A DNA stretch of 64,000 nucleotides, taken from Promethearchaeota archaeon (lineage in GTDB: Archaea > Asgardarchaeota > Thorarchaeia > Thorarchaeales > Thorarchaeaceae). Position numbers and translations under genes: made by a program. Under the pieces are notes generated by a model that made no database searches, was not told the origin of the DNA, and worked only from the letters and a program-made list of their open reading frames with translations. The stretch spans positions 1-64,000 of the forward strand of contig JBHLPF010000015.1 of NCBI GenBank assembly GCA_048939765.1, written 5' to 3'. Shown piece by piece: positions 9,415 through 17,562 of the stretch (positions are counted from its first letter, which is position 1; each line of letters opens with the position of its first letter).

Positions 9415-10545
9415 TTATCTGTCCATATACGTTTCCCAGATATCTAGAATCTCATCACCAGAGGTCGCGTAGAATCTACTTGAGAGATTAGCTGCAAGAC
9501 ATGAGTGATTCGGTAGGATTCTGACACGATTTCCAGGAACTAGGCCCTTCAAAGGTGAGCCCTTGCCTATCTTCACTTTTCCATGTTCTTGAGAGAGTCC
9601 TGTTATGTCAGTGTATTTCGCGAAGTCCCCCTCGTGATAGTCTGAAATGATTTTTCCAAATCCACAGTCTGGATGGAGATGCCTGGGCCCTGTGTCTAAC
9701 GAGAGTGCTGTTGCACCGGCATCAAGAATGACTCTATCAGGATATGCGCTTATGATACTCGAGAGAACCGTTAGCGAACAGTGGTATGGTTTGCAGACTC
9801 CCAGTGCAACCTGTGTATAGTCAAAGAAGACATAGCTGCCTGGGCGAACTTCTGTTATGCCCTTTTTGATAGAGTCACTCAACATCATAGCTGGAGTAGA
9901 GCCAATGCTGACTATCCTTGGCGCAAGCGCTTTGCTCCTTTTTCTCAAATCTCTGGCAAACTTGAGCATAATATCCTGCTCTTCCTCAGCGATAAATTTG
10001 ATTTCATCAACTGACTTGGCATAATATGAATGGCCACTATGAGTTAGGATTCCAGCGAAGTTGAGTCCTCGCGCCTGGTGAATCTTTTCTGCAAGAGCTA
10101 AGGAACCCTTCTTCGAGGGATCTACACCACTTCGATGATAGTTGCAGTCAACTTTGAGAAGTACATCAAGCTCCTCTTTGGCTTTCCTAAATCTTGATCT
10201 CAGTTCTTTGAGTGCTGCAGGATGGTCGATAATTACCCGGAATTTGATCTTGATGGCAAGCTTGGCTGCGGCACTTATCTTATCCGGGGCTAGGGGCACT
10301 GCCAATGTAATGTCATCAAATCCGTTCTCCGCAAAGAACATTGCTTCACCCATTGTTGAGACTGTGATGCCCGAGGCTCCATAGTTCCTTTGAATCTCTG
10401 CAATCTCAACACACTTGTGTGTCTTGACATGCGGTCTCAGAGCTACTTGGTGTTCGCGTGCCTTGTTTGCCATGTTTTTGATGTTTTGCACGAGTCTGTC
10501 ATAGTCTATCAAGGTCGCTGGAGTTGTCAGGTCATCAACGCGCAT
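9415..10545 (-). CDS. PLP fold-type III enzyme, D-serine dehydratase/D-threonine aldolase (DSD1-like) family
   Basis: TPA, LRPHVKTHK PLP-lysine motif, HSGH, GSTP, EVRPGSYVFFD, SQEHG, PNHSC; start set to ATG 10545. Confidence 0.88.
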   Translation of the reverse strand: MRVDDLTTPATLIDYDRLVQNIKNMANKAREHQVALRPHVKTHKCVEIAEIQRNYGASGITVSTMGEAMFFAENGFDDITLAVPLAPDKISAAAKLAIKIKFRVIIDHPAALKELRSRFRKAKEELDVLLKVDCNYHRSGVDPSKKGSLALAEKIHQARGLNFAGILTHSGHSYYAKSVDEIKFIAEEEQDIMLKFARDLRKRSKALAPRIVSIGSTPAMMLSDSIKKGITEVRPGSYVFFDYTQVALGVCKPYHCSLTVLSSIISAYPDRVILDAGATALSLDTGPRHLHPDCGFGKIISDYHEGDFAKYTDITGLSQEHGKVKIGKGSPLKGLVPGNRVRILPNHSCLAANLSSRFYATSGDEILDIWETYMDR

Positions 10546-10592
10546 GTCATTTCCGAAGCTAACGCCCCTCAAAACCGTTGTTGTGCTGTCCT

Positions 10593-12014
10593 CTAAGTTA
10601 TGCCATGTTGGTCGCCACGGATTCTTCTTCTCAGACTAAGCCTTGCCTCATCTACCTTAGAAGCAACACGACTCTTCCTAGGCCAATACTCCTTGATCTC
10701 TTCATATCCTTGGACATCCCAGTACAGTGGACAAGCGCCAAAGCAATAATCAAAATGAGTGCATACCTTGCAGCCCTCAGCCGCGAAGTCTTTGCTCCTC
10801 CAGAATCTAGATGCTCGATTGTTCCACACTTTGTCAAAGGATTCTTCCAATAGATTACCCACTGGATCGCTGAAGCTAGAGCAAGGAAGAAGCCCTCCTT
10901 CTGAATCTACGGACAATAAGCCGTCACATGCGGCGCAGCTCTTTGCACCTAATCCAAGCGAAATAGGATTGAATACGCATACTGGAGTAGGAGCATACCA
11001 GACGAATTGCACCCCTTTCTTGTTTGCCCTCTTTTTGACTCGCTTCACGATCTCTCCGATGTCTTCATACTTTACCTGTAACCTATCTCTGAGTTTTGCG
11101 GCGGTGCCAGTATAGATGACCATGTTCATGCTGAAATAACTCAGTTCCAATTCATCAGCAATGAAATCAACCAATTCTTCAAGTTTGTCAACATTGGGCC
11201 TGCAAATTGTAGTATTGCAATGGGTGTAGATTTCAGTTTCTTTCAGATTCCTGATTCCTTGAACTGTTTGCCCAAAGGACCCTGGAGCGCCAGCAATTTC
11301 GTCATGCGTCTTTGCATCGGGACCCTCGATTGATACCTGGGCACTGTTCAAATCCGCTTGAACTAGTCTTTGAACGAAATTTGGGTCTGCACACCTTCGG
11401 CCGTTTGTGATAAGATTGACACGGAGCCCTTTCTCTCGCGCATATGCTATGAGCTCAAAAAGGTCCTCACGTAGAGTTGGTTCACCTCCAGTGAAGGAAA
11501 GACTTGGAACGTGGGCCTCATTAACAATGATGTCAATAATCCGCTTCACCTCGTCTGTGGTCATCTCTTTGGTCTCTCGATGCGGGGAGAATGCATAGCA
11601 GAATTGACATTCATTGTTACATCGGTAGGTTAGGGCAATCTCACTCAATACTGGATATTTGATATCGCCTTCTCCAAAAGGTACAATTTTGGCAGTCTTG
11701 TATGAGTAGATGTTCTGATTCCCCATCACCATGCTTCTTAGGTCATCAACAAAGGCGGCCAGATCATTTAGTACTTGCTGTTCATCAGCCTCAAAGTTCC
11801 TCACAAAGTGGTTTCTGACCTCTTCTGCGGTTGCGCCATCAAGCAGCATCCGTAACATTACTGTCCCCGTTTCATTGAGGTGCATGACCTTGTTTGGACG
11901 CAGTATCAAGAGGTTATCCTGCGGCCTTACAAAGAAATAATCCTTGACCTCCTGCATGAAATTGACTATCCAGCTGAGGTCCTCTAGTTTGTAGTCGTAC
12001 CTTGGCTGATGCAT
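10593..12014 (-). CDS. Radical SAM/SPASM peptide maturase with N-terminal PqqD-like RRE
   Basis: CNNECQFC (CxxxCxxC), FTGGEP; SPASM cysteines CAAC...PC and CKVC..FDYCFGACP; N-terminal LNETG..ML..L.GATAEEV...DLAAFVDDL PqqD pattern. Confidence 0.9.
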   Translation of the reverse strand: MHQPRYDYKLEDLSWIVNFMQEVKDYFFVRPQDNLLILRPNKVMHLNETGTVMLRMLLDGATAEEVRNHFVRNFEADEQQVLNDLAAFVDDLRSMVMGNQNIYSYKTAKIVPFGEGDIKYPVLSEIALTYRCNNECQFCYAFSPHRETKEMTTDEVKRIIDIIVNEAHVPSLSFTGGEPTLREDLFELIAYAREKGLRVNLITNGRRCADPNFVQRLVQADLNSAQVSIEGPDAKTHDEIAGAPGSFGQTVQGIRNLKETEIYTHCNTTICRPNVDKLEELVDFIADELELSYFSMNMVIYTGTAAKLRDRLQVKYEDIGEIVKRVKKRANKKGVQFVWYAPTPVCVFNPISLGLGAKSCAACDGLLSVDSEGGLLPCSSFSDPVGNLLEESFDKVWNNRASRFWRSKDFAAEGCKVCTHFDYCFGACPLYWDVQGYEEIKEYWPRKSRVASKVDEARLSLRRRIRGDQHGIT

Positions 12015-12123
12015 CGTTCGTGAGGGCTTAGCTGGATGTGTCTTAAGGATTCGCCTACAACCTGAAAGGCTTATCAGCCTCTATATCCGAGTAGAGGCAA
12101 GGCACCGTTAAGGAGTGTGTCAT

Positions 12124-12516
12124 ATGAGTTCCGAAATGAAGTTGCCATATGGAACAATCAGCAAGAAGAAGCTGATTATGCATTTCAGCGCCTTTGATAT
12201 CGATTTGCCAGTGATTGCTGCTGGAATCAGAGAGAGGATGGATGTCTTGCGAGAGCTTGAGGTTGCTTTTGCAGGGTTTGGAACAGAGATACCAGCAGAG
12301 ATGACTGAACAGACACCAGCCACGGTAAAGGCATTCTTCGAGTATGTGGGAAAGGGGACTGACGCTGATGTCATCCTCAAGCGAGTCTATCATCTTATCT
12401 GGGGAGGCATGATTCAGGAGTTTCCAGACCTTGATGAGTGGGCTGCAGCAAAGGCCGATTTATCAAATCTAACAATCGCTCAAGCAGATGTGCTGCGTGC
12501 ACGCAGAGGAGAATAG
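12124..12516 (+). CDS. Hypothetical protein
   Basis: Globular ORF of about 130 aa with an AAGGAG SD upstream. Confidence 0.75.
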   Translation: MSSEMKLPYGTISKKKLIMHFSAFDIDLPVIAAGIRERMDVLRELEVAFAGFGTEIPAEMTEQTPATVKAFFEYVGKGTDADVILKRVYHLIWGGMIQEFPDLDEWAAAKADLSNLTIAQADVLRARRGE

Positions 12517-12599
12517 TGGAGCCACCTTTGAGATGTTTACTACCAGTACAGTAGCTCGAAAGGGATACGATCTGGAATATTGGTGTAGGGGTTGATATA

Positions 12600-14759
12600 T
12601 TGAAGCGTAGTCTAGCTCTTGCCTTCACATTTGGGTTCATTCTTTTTGCTATTGCTCCTTTATGCGTGACAGGTACAATAGTTAGCCAGAGCCCAGTTAT
12701 CAACCTTGACAGCATTTATGTCGACGTGGTGGTTCTCGAAAATGGCCGAATAAATGTCACATATTGGATAAACATATCCGTAATTGAGAATTCCTTGGGC
12801 GGATTCGATTTAGCGGGGATTCAAGAAACCACGATTTATGATCCGGATCGCGCGTACGCTGAGGTGGATGGAAACCGCTACAATCTGATCGTTGGACAGC
12901 TCTCAAATGGCTATGCTCTAGACTGGACTCCCCGGACTCAAGCTGGAGAAACAGTCACCGTAGTATTCGGGTATTTCAGTACAAACAGGGTCCTAGAGAT
13001 GACGACTGGAACATTTACTCTAGAGGGCTCTGGTCTGCAAGTCACCGGCGATTTGGCTGTCTTCAACTGGGCTCCGGTCCAGTGGAGTGTACCTCTTGAT
13101 TATGAGAATGTGAGAGTTATCTATCCCATTGAAATGCAGGCTTCATGGATCACAGGGGAAAGTGGAATTACACCAGAAGGCGCTGACTACGCAGGCTATG
13201 TTGTGGACGGTCATCAAAGGCTCGAGGATAATTATGGCAGCTTCTTCGCCTTCGATGAGCAGAATCTTCTTGCTTATCCTTCATCAGCTTCTGCTGACCC
13301 TCGCTATTTCAGTGTCAGTTTAGGACATTCCAATCTAGGCTCCTATGATCACTTTCGTGTTTTTCACTATACCAATTGGAGTTTTTATGCTCCATATCTC
13401 GAACCGGGTGCTATTGCCTATAGTACTCAGGAGAATATCAATGCAGATGCAAACACGGAATTCTCAGTTGGCGTGGATGTGTTCAATATAGGAGATGCTC
13501 CGCTCAATGATGTCACGGTGACACTCTCAATTCCAGATAATCTCACCTTGACCTCTGGCCAAGTTTCTACCTATGTTGGGGCACTTGATGGCGGGGAGAA
13601 CTCCCATTTGACATACCAATTCATCCCCGATAATATTCCAGAGATTCTTCCCCTCACTTTTCAGATATCATCTTCCAGTCTCAACACTAGCGATTGGGTT
13701 ACATTTACAATCAACATCTACGTGCGGGAGATCATTCCTCCCTTGATACCTCCGAATCTCCTGATTTGGGGATCTGCTGGAATAACGGCCATAGCTGTTG
13801 TTTCTCTTGGCTATCGTCGAATAATGGGTGGATATGGAGCAAAATGGGAAGTTGATGAAACAACCAAGGCATATCAGAGCCCGGAGATAGCCATCCAGAC
13901 TTTTGGCACACCAGGAACTGTTGCAGATCTTGATCCTGTTGAGAGCGCGTTCTTTGTCAACACGAATCGCAAGAAACTGGTGTCAATGATCCTTATGTCC
14001 TGCGTGAAGAAGGGTGCAGTAAGGATGCTTTCAACGGATCCATTGCGCCTTTCAGATACGGGCCTGAGGTTCGAGGACCTCACTTACTATGAAGAGATGT
14101 TTGTCGGCTCCATTGACAACAACGAGCTTGACCCCGACAAGATTGATGATATGTTGGAAGAACTCGCTGAGAAGGTCCAGGAGAAATCTTGGGATGCGGA
14201 CTTCGAGGCCACAAAAACCCATCATGAGGAGATGGTCGATGGTGCTTGGGAGGAACTTGAAAGCGATCCGACACTTGATGGGCGTGTAGATTACTACTTC
14301 AATCGGAGATACCACGACACATGGGCTTGGTACTGGTTCTACATGCATCCTCATCACAACCAAAGAATCGGACACGTGTTCACTCCCCCAGGTGGGACGA
14401 TTGCCCCACCAAGGATACCTGACTGGTTTGGTCAGATTGCTGATGCTGCTGGCCATTCAATTGGCGAAGTTGGACGTGTGGTTGGAGATGTAGCTTCCAC
14501 CACGGGCCAAATCATGACTAATGTGACAAATACCATTGGAGATGTCCTTTCGGGAGTTGGTAACATTATCCGAGAACCGCTGAAACCAATCTTGGAAGAG
14601 ACCAGTCGTTGCGTGTCTCATGATGCCTGCCACTCTGCATGCGTTTCGCACGATGCATGTCATAGTGCCTGTCACAGCGCATGCCATAGTGCCTGTGTAT
14701 GCCATAGCGCCTGTCATAGTGCATGCCACAGTGCATGTGTTTCTGGAGGATTTAGATAA
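12600..14759 (+). CDS. DUF2207-like membrane protein with Ig-like domain and C-terminal Cys/His repeat tail
   Basis: Signal peptide; VDVVVLENGRINVTY DUF2207-like start; VFNIGDAPLNDVTVTL Ig/CARDB-like domain; one TM; LDPVESA...VKKGAV region; (CHSA)n tail. Confidence 0.85.
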   Translation: MKRSLALAFTFGFILFAIAPLCVTGTIVSQSPVINLDSIYVDVVVLENGRINVTYWINISVIENSLGGFDLAGIQETTIYDPDRAYAEVDGNRYNLIVGQLSNGYALDWTPRTQAGETVTVVFGYFSTNRVLEMTTGTFTLEGSGLQVTGDLAVFNWAPVQWSVPLDYENVRVIYPIEMQASWITGESGITPEGADYAGYVVDGHQRLEDNYGSFFAFDEQNLLAYPSSASADPRYFSVSLGHSNLGSYDHFRVFHYTNWSFYAPYLEPGAIAYSTQENINADANTEFSVGVDVFNIGDAPLNDVTVTLSIPDNLTLTSGQVSTYVGALDGGENSHLTYQFIPDNIPEILPLTFQISSSSLNTSDWVTFTINIYVREIIPPLIPPNLLIWGSAGITAIAVVSLGYRRIMGGYGAKWEVDETTKAYQSPEIAIQTFGTPGTVADLDPVESAFFVNTNRKKLVSMILMSCVKKGAVRMLSTDPLRLSDTGLRFEDLTYYEEMFVGSIDNNELDPDKIDDMLEELAEKVQEKSWDADFEATKTHHEEMVDGAWEELESDPTLDGRVDYYFNRRYHDTWAWYWFYMHPHHNQRIGHVFTPPGGTIAPPRIPDWFGQIADAAGHSIGEVGRVVGDVASTTGQIMTNVTNTIGDVLSGVGNIIREPLKPILEETSRCVSHDACHSACVSHDACHSACHSACHSACVCHSACHSACHSACVSGGFR
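14610..14759 (+). repeat. Coding tandem repeat: 7x CHSA and 2x CVSHDA
   Basis: 12-bp units such as TGCCACTCTGCA, TGTCATAGTGCC and TGTCACAGCGCA differ only synonymously. Confidence 0.95.
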
Positions 14760-15526
14760 TGGGAGAAACTATCAAGACAATATTTCATTTGAGCGATATC
14801 CACATTGGAGAACAAGGAGTATCTTTAGGGGACTTCCGTGAAGTAATCGAGAGTATTGAGAAGCGTGCTCCGCATATGACCTCGCCTCTTATTCTTATCA
14901 CGGGCGATCTAACAGGGGAGGGACTTAGAGAGGAGTATGAAGCATTCTCTAATGTTGTATCTAGTATAGAAACTCCTCTCATAATCGTGCCTGGAAACCA
15001 TGACGAGCGCAACTACGGTGCTGCGCACTTCGAGGAGATGTTTGGAGAGCGTTTCAAGACTTACGAGGATGAATCAATTGCGTTGTACGCAGCAGACAGT
15101 GCAGAACCAGACAACGATGCAGGACATGTTGGGCGGACCAAGTACAATGAGATACATGACTTTCTCGGAGGGGCGAAGGAGAAGGTGCGCATATTCGCAT
15201 TGCATCATCATCTGATACCGGTCCCAAACACTGGGAGGGAACACAACGTTGTGGAGGACTCTGGTGCTGTCCTAGGCCTATTGGATCGGACGCAATGCTC
15301 ATTGGTCCTAAATGGTCATCGTCACGTCCCCTGGATGTGGAATCTGAATGATATGATTGTATACACAACAGGTACCCTGCTATCCCGTCGCGTTCGTGGA
15401 GCCACTACTCAAGTCTATACGCTCATCGAGCTTAGCAAGACCGATGCCACATTTACATTGGTCGAGAAGTCCGGTTCTGCAAGTCTATTCTCGCGCGCTG
15501 AGCTTCGTCCAGCTGTCCTTGGATAG
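14759..15526 (+). CDS. Calcineurin-like metallophosphoesterase (Icc/CpdA-like)
   Basis: SDIH, TGDL, PGNHD, HHH, GHRH; start overlaps the upstream stop (TAATG). Confidence 0.92.
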   Translation: MGETIKTIFHLSDIHIGEQGVSLGDFREVIESIEKRAPHMTSPLILITGDLTGEGLREEYEAFSNVVSSIETPLIIVPGNHDERNYGAAHFEEMFGERFKTYEDESIALYAADSAEPDNDAGHVGRTKYNEIHDFLGGAKEKVRIFALHHHLIPVPNTGREHNVVEDSGAVLGLLDRTQCSLVLNGHRHVPWMWNLNDMIVYTTGTLLSRRVRGATTQVYTLIELSKTDATFTLVEKSGSASLFSRAELRPAVLG

Positions 15527-15535
15527 TCCCAATCA

Positions 15536-15895
15536 TCATTGGAAAATGATGACTGCTCGCAGTGAGGTGACATCAGATAATGTAAGTAGAGAGGACACTG
15601 TTCCTGTGACTACTACGATTGAATGTTCAGGCGGAATCCAACCGTCCCATGTAAAGAGTAGGCCTTGGAAGCCTCCCTCGGGAGGAGTGACAATGAAACT
15701 GTTCCCCAGCACATAGATCAATTCTCCTTTCACTGTTACTACAGTCCCACTTGATACACTCCCACCGTTGATATCCTCAATAGCCGTTGCACCAATCACG
15801 CCGTCGTGCCACGCAATAACTGCGACAGCTATTAAAATAATCCCCAGTAGGGCTCCGAGGATCCTTCCAGTCGAACTTCTCTTTCGTTTTAGCAT
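15536..15895 (-). CDS. Small membrane-anchored protein, OB-fold-like
   Basis: Basic N-terminus plus TM, then GTVVTVKGE...VVVTGTV strands. Confidence 0.65.
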   Translation of the reverse strand: MLKRKRSSTGRILGALLGIILIAVAVIAWHDGVIGATAIEDINGGSVSSGTVVTVKGELIYVLGNSFIVTPPEGGFQGLLFTWDGWIPPEHSIVVVTGTVSSLLTLSDVTSLRAVIIFQ

Positions 15896-16010
15896 GCTTC
15901 TACCCTTATCATCTTCAAGCAAGATTGACTAAAAGATGTTGTCACGGAAAAGTGGTCTAGTTTCGCCGGTAGATTCTATAGCCAGTTAAATTCGTGTTTC
16001 ATTGATTCTA

Positions 16011-17228
16011 ATGGACGTTAGCAGAGAATTCATACGGCTTTGCGGAGAGGCAGGCAATTTTTCAAGAAACGTGACCGGTTTAAGCATTGTTGACGCATAT
16101 TATGGACCAGATGAACTGGCACCAGACAGGCAGGCAACTAATCGCAAACCAGAGATTATTCTGGATGAGTTATCAGTCTTGGCAGATAATGTCAAGGATC
16201 AGATTGACCTGCCTCTGCGCTCGAAGTATCTTATTACGGAAATTCATTCATTGCAATCTGTAGTCAAATGGATGGCAGGAGAGGAAATGTCCTATGTCGA
16301 CATAGTGGAGAATGTCTATGGCATCAAACCAACCAGATTCTCCGAGAAAGAGGTAGAGGCAGCAATGAAGGAAGTAGAGATTGCATTCTCAGACTGTCCT
16401 GGCAATGACACGAGAGAGCAGGTGGAACTATTCAGGCTTGACGGACAGGTGCAAGGAGATGCCGCAAAGAACTACATTGAAGGAGAATTACAGCAAAGCG
16501 CGAAGAATGTAGGAATACTGTTTCAGAAAAAGGTCTATGCTCTCATGGATGCTGCGGTGACAGATAATGGTGTTGAGTACAAAGCAGTGACTGACAAGCC
16601 CTGGGGAGCATATAACTACTACCAAGGAAACTACAGGTCAAAAAACGAGTTCAATGTTGATCGTCCATTTAGTAGGCACGGACTGGCTGCTGTAATCTAC
16701 CATGAGTATGAGCATCATGTTTCGAATCTGTGGAGAGAGAAGGCATATCGCGAGAACGATTGGACTGACCTCTCAATCGTCCCACTGACGGGAAGATGCG
16801 TTATTTCAGAGGGAACTGCAGATACTGCCATGGACTTTCTTGAACTTGGCGAAGAATCTGATGATTCTCGTAGGAATCGAGCCTTGAGGACCCTTTCTCA
16901 AATGTGTAGCATGAATGCGGCACTAATGCTGAATCGTGAGCACGCCTCGGAAGATGATGCTGTTGAATATCTGGTTGAGCGGACCTTCGGCAAGGAAGAG
17001 CGCATAAGGCCCTCTCTTGAATTCTCTCGGATTAGGACTGAAGAAGGAAAACTGAATCTTTGGGCTCCTTACATTTTCAATTATCTCATAGGTAGAAAGG
17101 AGTTTGTCCTTCCAACATTTCTCAAAGCCAAGGAAAATGATATGCTTTCAGACTTCTTCAGAACAGTCTATCTTAACCCTTATTCGGGTTCAAGCAGAAC
17201 TTGGAACGCAGCTTTCGACTGGCTCTAG
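16011..17228 (+). CDS. Putative zincin metallopeptidase (DUF885-like)
   Basis: VDAYYGP, HEYEH (HExxH), downstream ISEGTA third-ligand motif. Confidence 0.7.
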   Translation: MDVSREFIRLCGEAGNFSRNVTGLSIVDAYYGPDELAPDRQATNRKPEIILDELSVLADNVKDQIDLPLRSKYLITEIHSLQSVVKWMAGEEMSYVDIVENVYGIKPTRFSEKEVEAAMKEVEIAFSDCPGNDTREQVELFRLDGQVQGDAAKNYIEGELQQSAKNVGILFQKKVYALMDAAVTDNGVEYKAVTDKPWGAYNYYQGNYRSKNEFNVDRPFSRHGLAAVIYHEYEHHVSNLWREKAYRENDWTDLSIVPLTGRCVISEGTADTAMDFLELGEESDDSRRNRALRTLSQMCSMNAALMLNREHASEDDAVEYLVERTFGKEERIRPSLEFSRIRTEEGKLNLWAPYIFNYLIGRKEFVLPTFLKAKENDMLSDFFRTVYLNPYSGSSRTWNAAFDWL

Positions 17229-17236
17229 ACTGCATC

Positions 17237-17491
17237 ATGGGGTCATGGGAATTGCGTAGTGAGAAGAAGAAGCCTAGCGACGCTAAGAGTCGAAGGAACC
17301 ACCAACTTTTCTTTGTGCTAAACATCACTTTTCTGATTATTCTCTGGCTTCTGACGCGTTACTATCCTATTCCACCTGTAGAGCTAGTGCTGTTTTGGCT
17401 GTTCATCACGATTATTATGATTGTAATCCTTTGGTTCGTCGACCGAAGAGCTGCTCGAATGGTCCTTGATGATTTTGGCCCCAATCCATGA
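17237..17491 (+). CDS. Small 2-TM membrane protein
   Basis: Two hydrophobic helices flanked by basic residues. Confidence 0.6.
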   Translation: MGSWELRSEKKKPSDAKSRRNHQLFFVLNITFLIILWLLTRYYPIPPVELVLFWLFITIIMIVILWFVDRRAARMVLDDFGPNP

Positions 17492-17521
17492 GATGAAAAT
17501 GCAGAAGAAAAAGTGAGGGGT

Positions 17522-17547
17522 GTGTGATGATCAAAAGACCATCACAC
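17522..17547 (-). terminator. Hairpin terminator downstream of CDS 17563-18960
   Basis: GTGTGATG/CATCACAC stem followed on the minus strand by TTTTTCTTCT. Confidence 0.55.
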
Positions 17548-17562
17548 TGAGCTTGAGTTCCT

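Noticed and set aside
14610-14740. Tandem repeats that could be mistaken for a CRISPR array or VNTR
   Set aside because: The units are 12-18 bp with no spacers, vary synonymously and lie in frame; no cas genes are present.
14610-14759. c-type heme-binding motifs in the Cys/His tail
   Set aside because: The spacing is CxxxCH rather than CxxCH, and the tail is predicted to be cytoplasmic.
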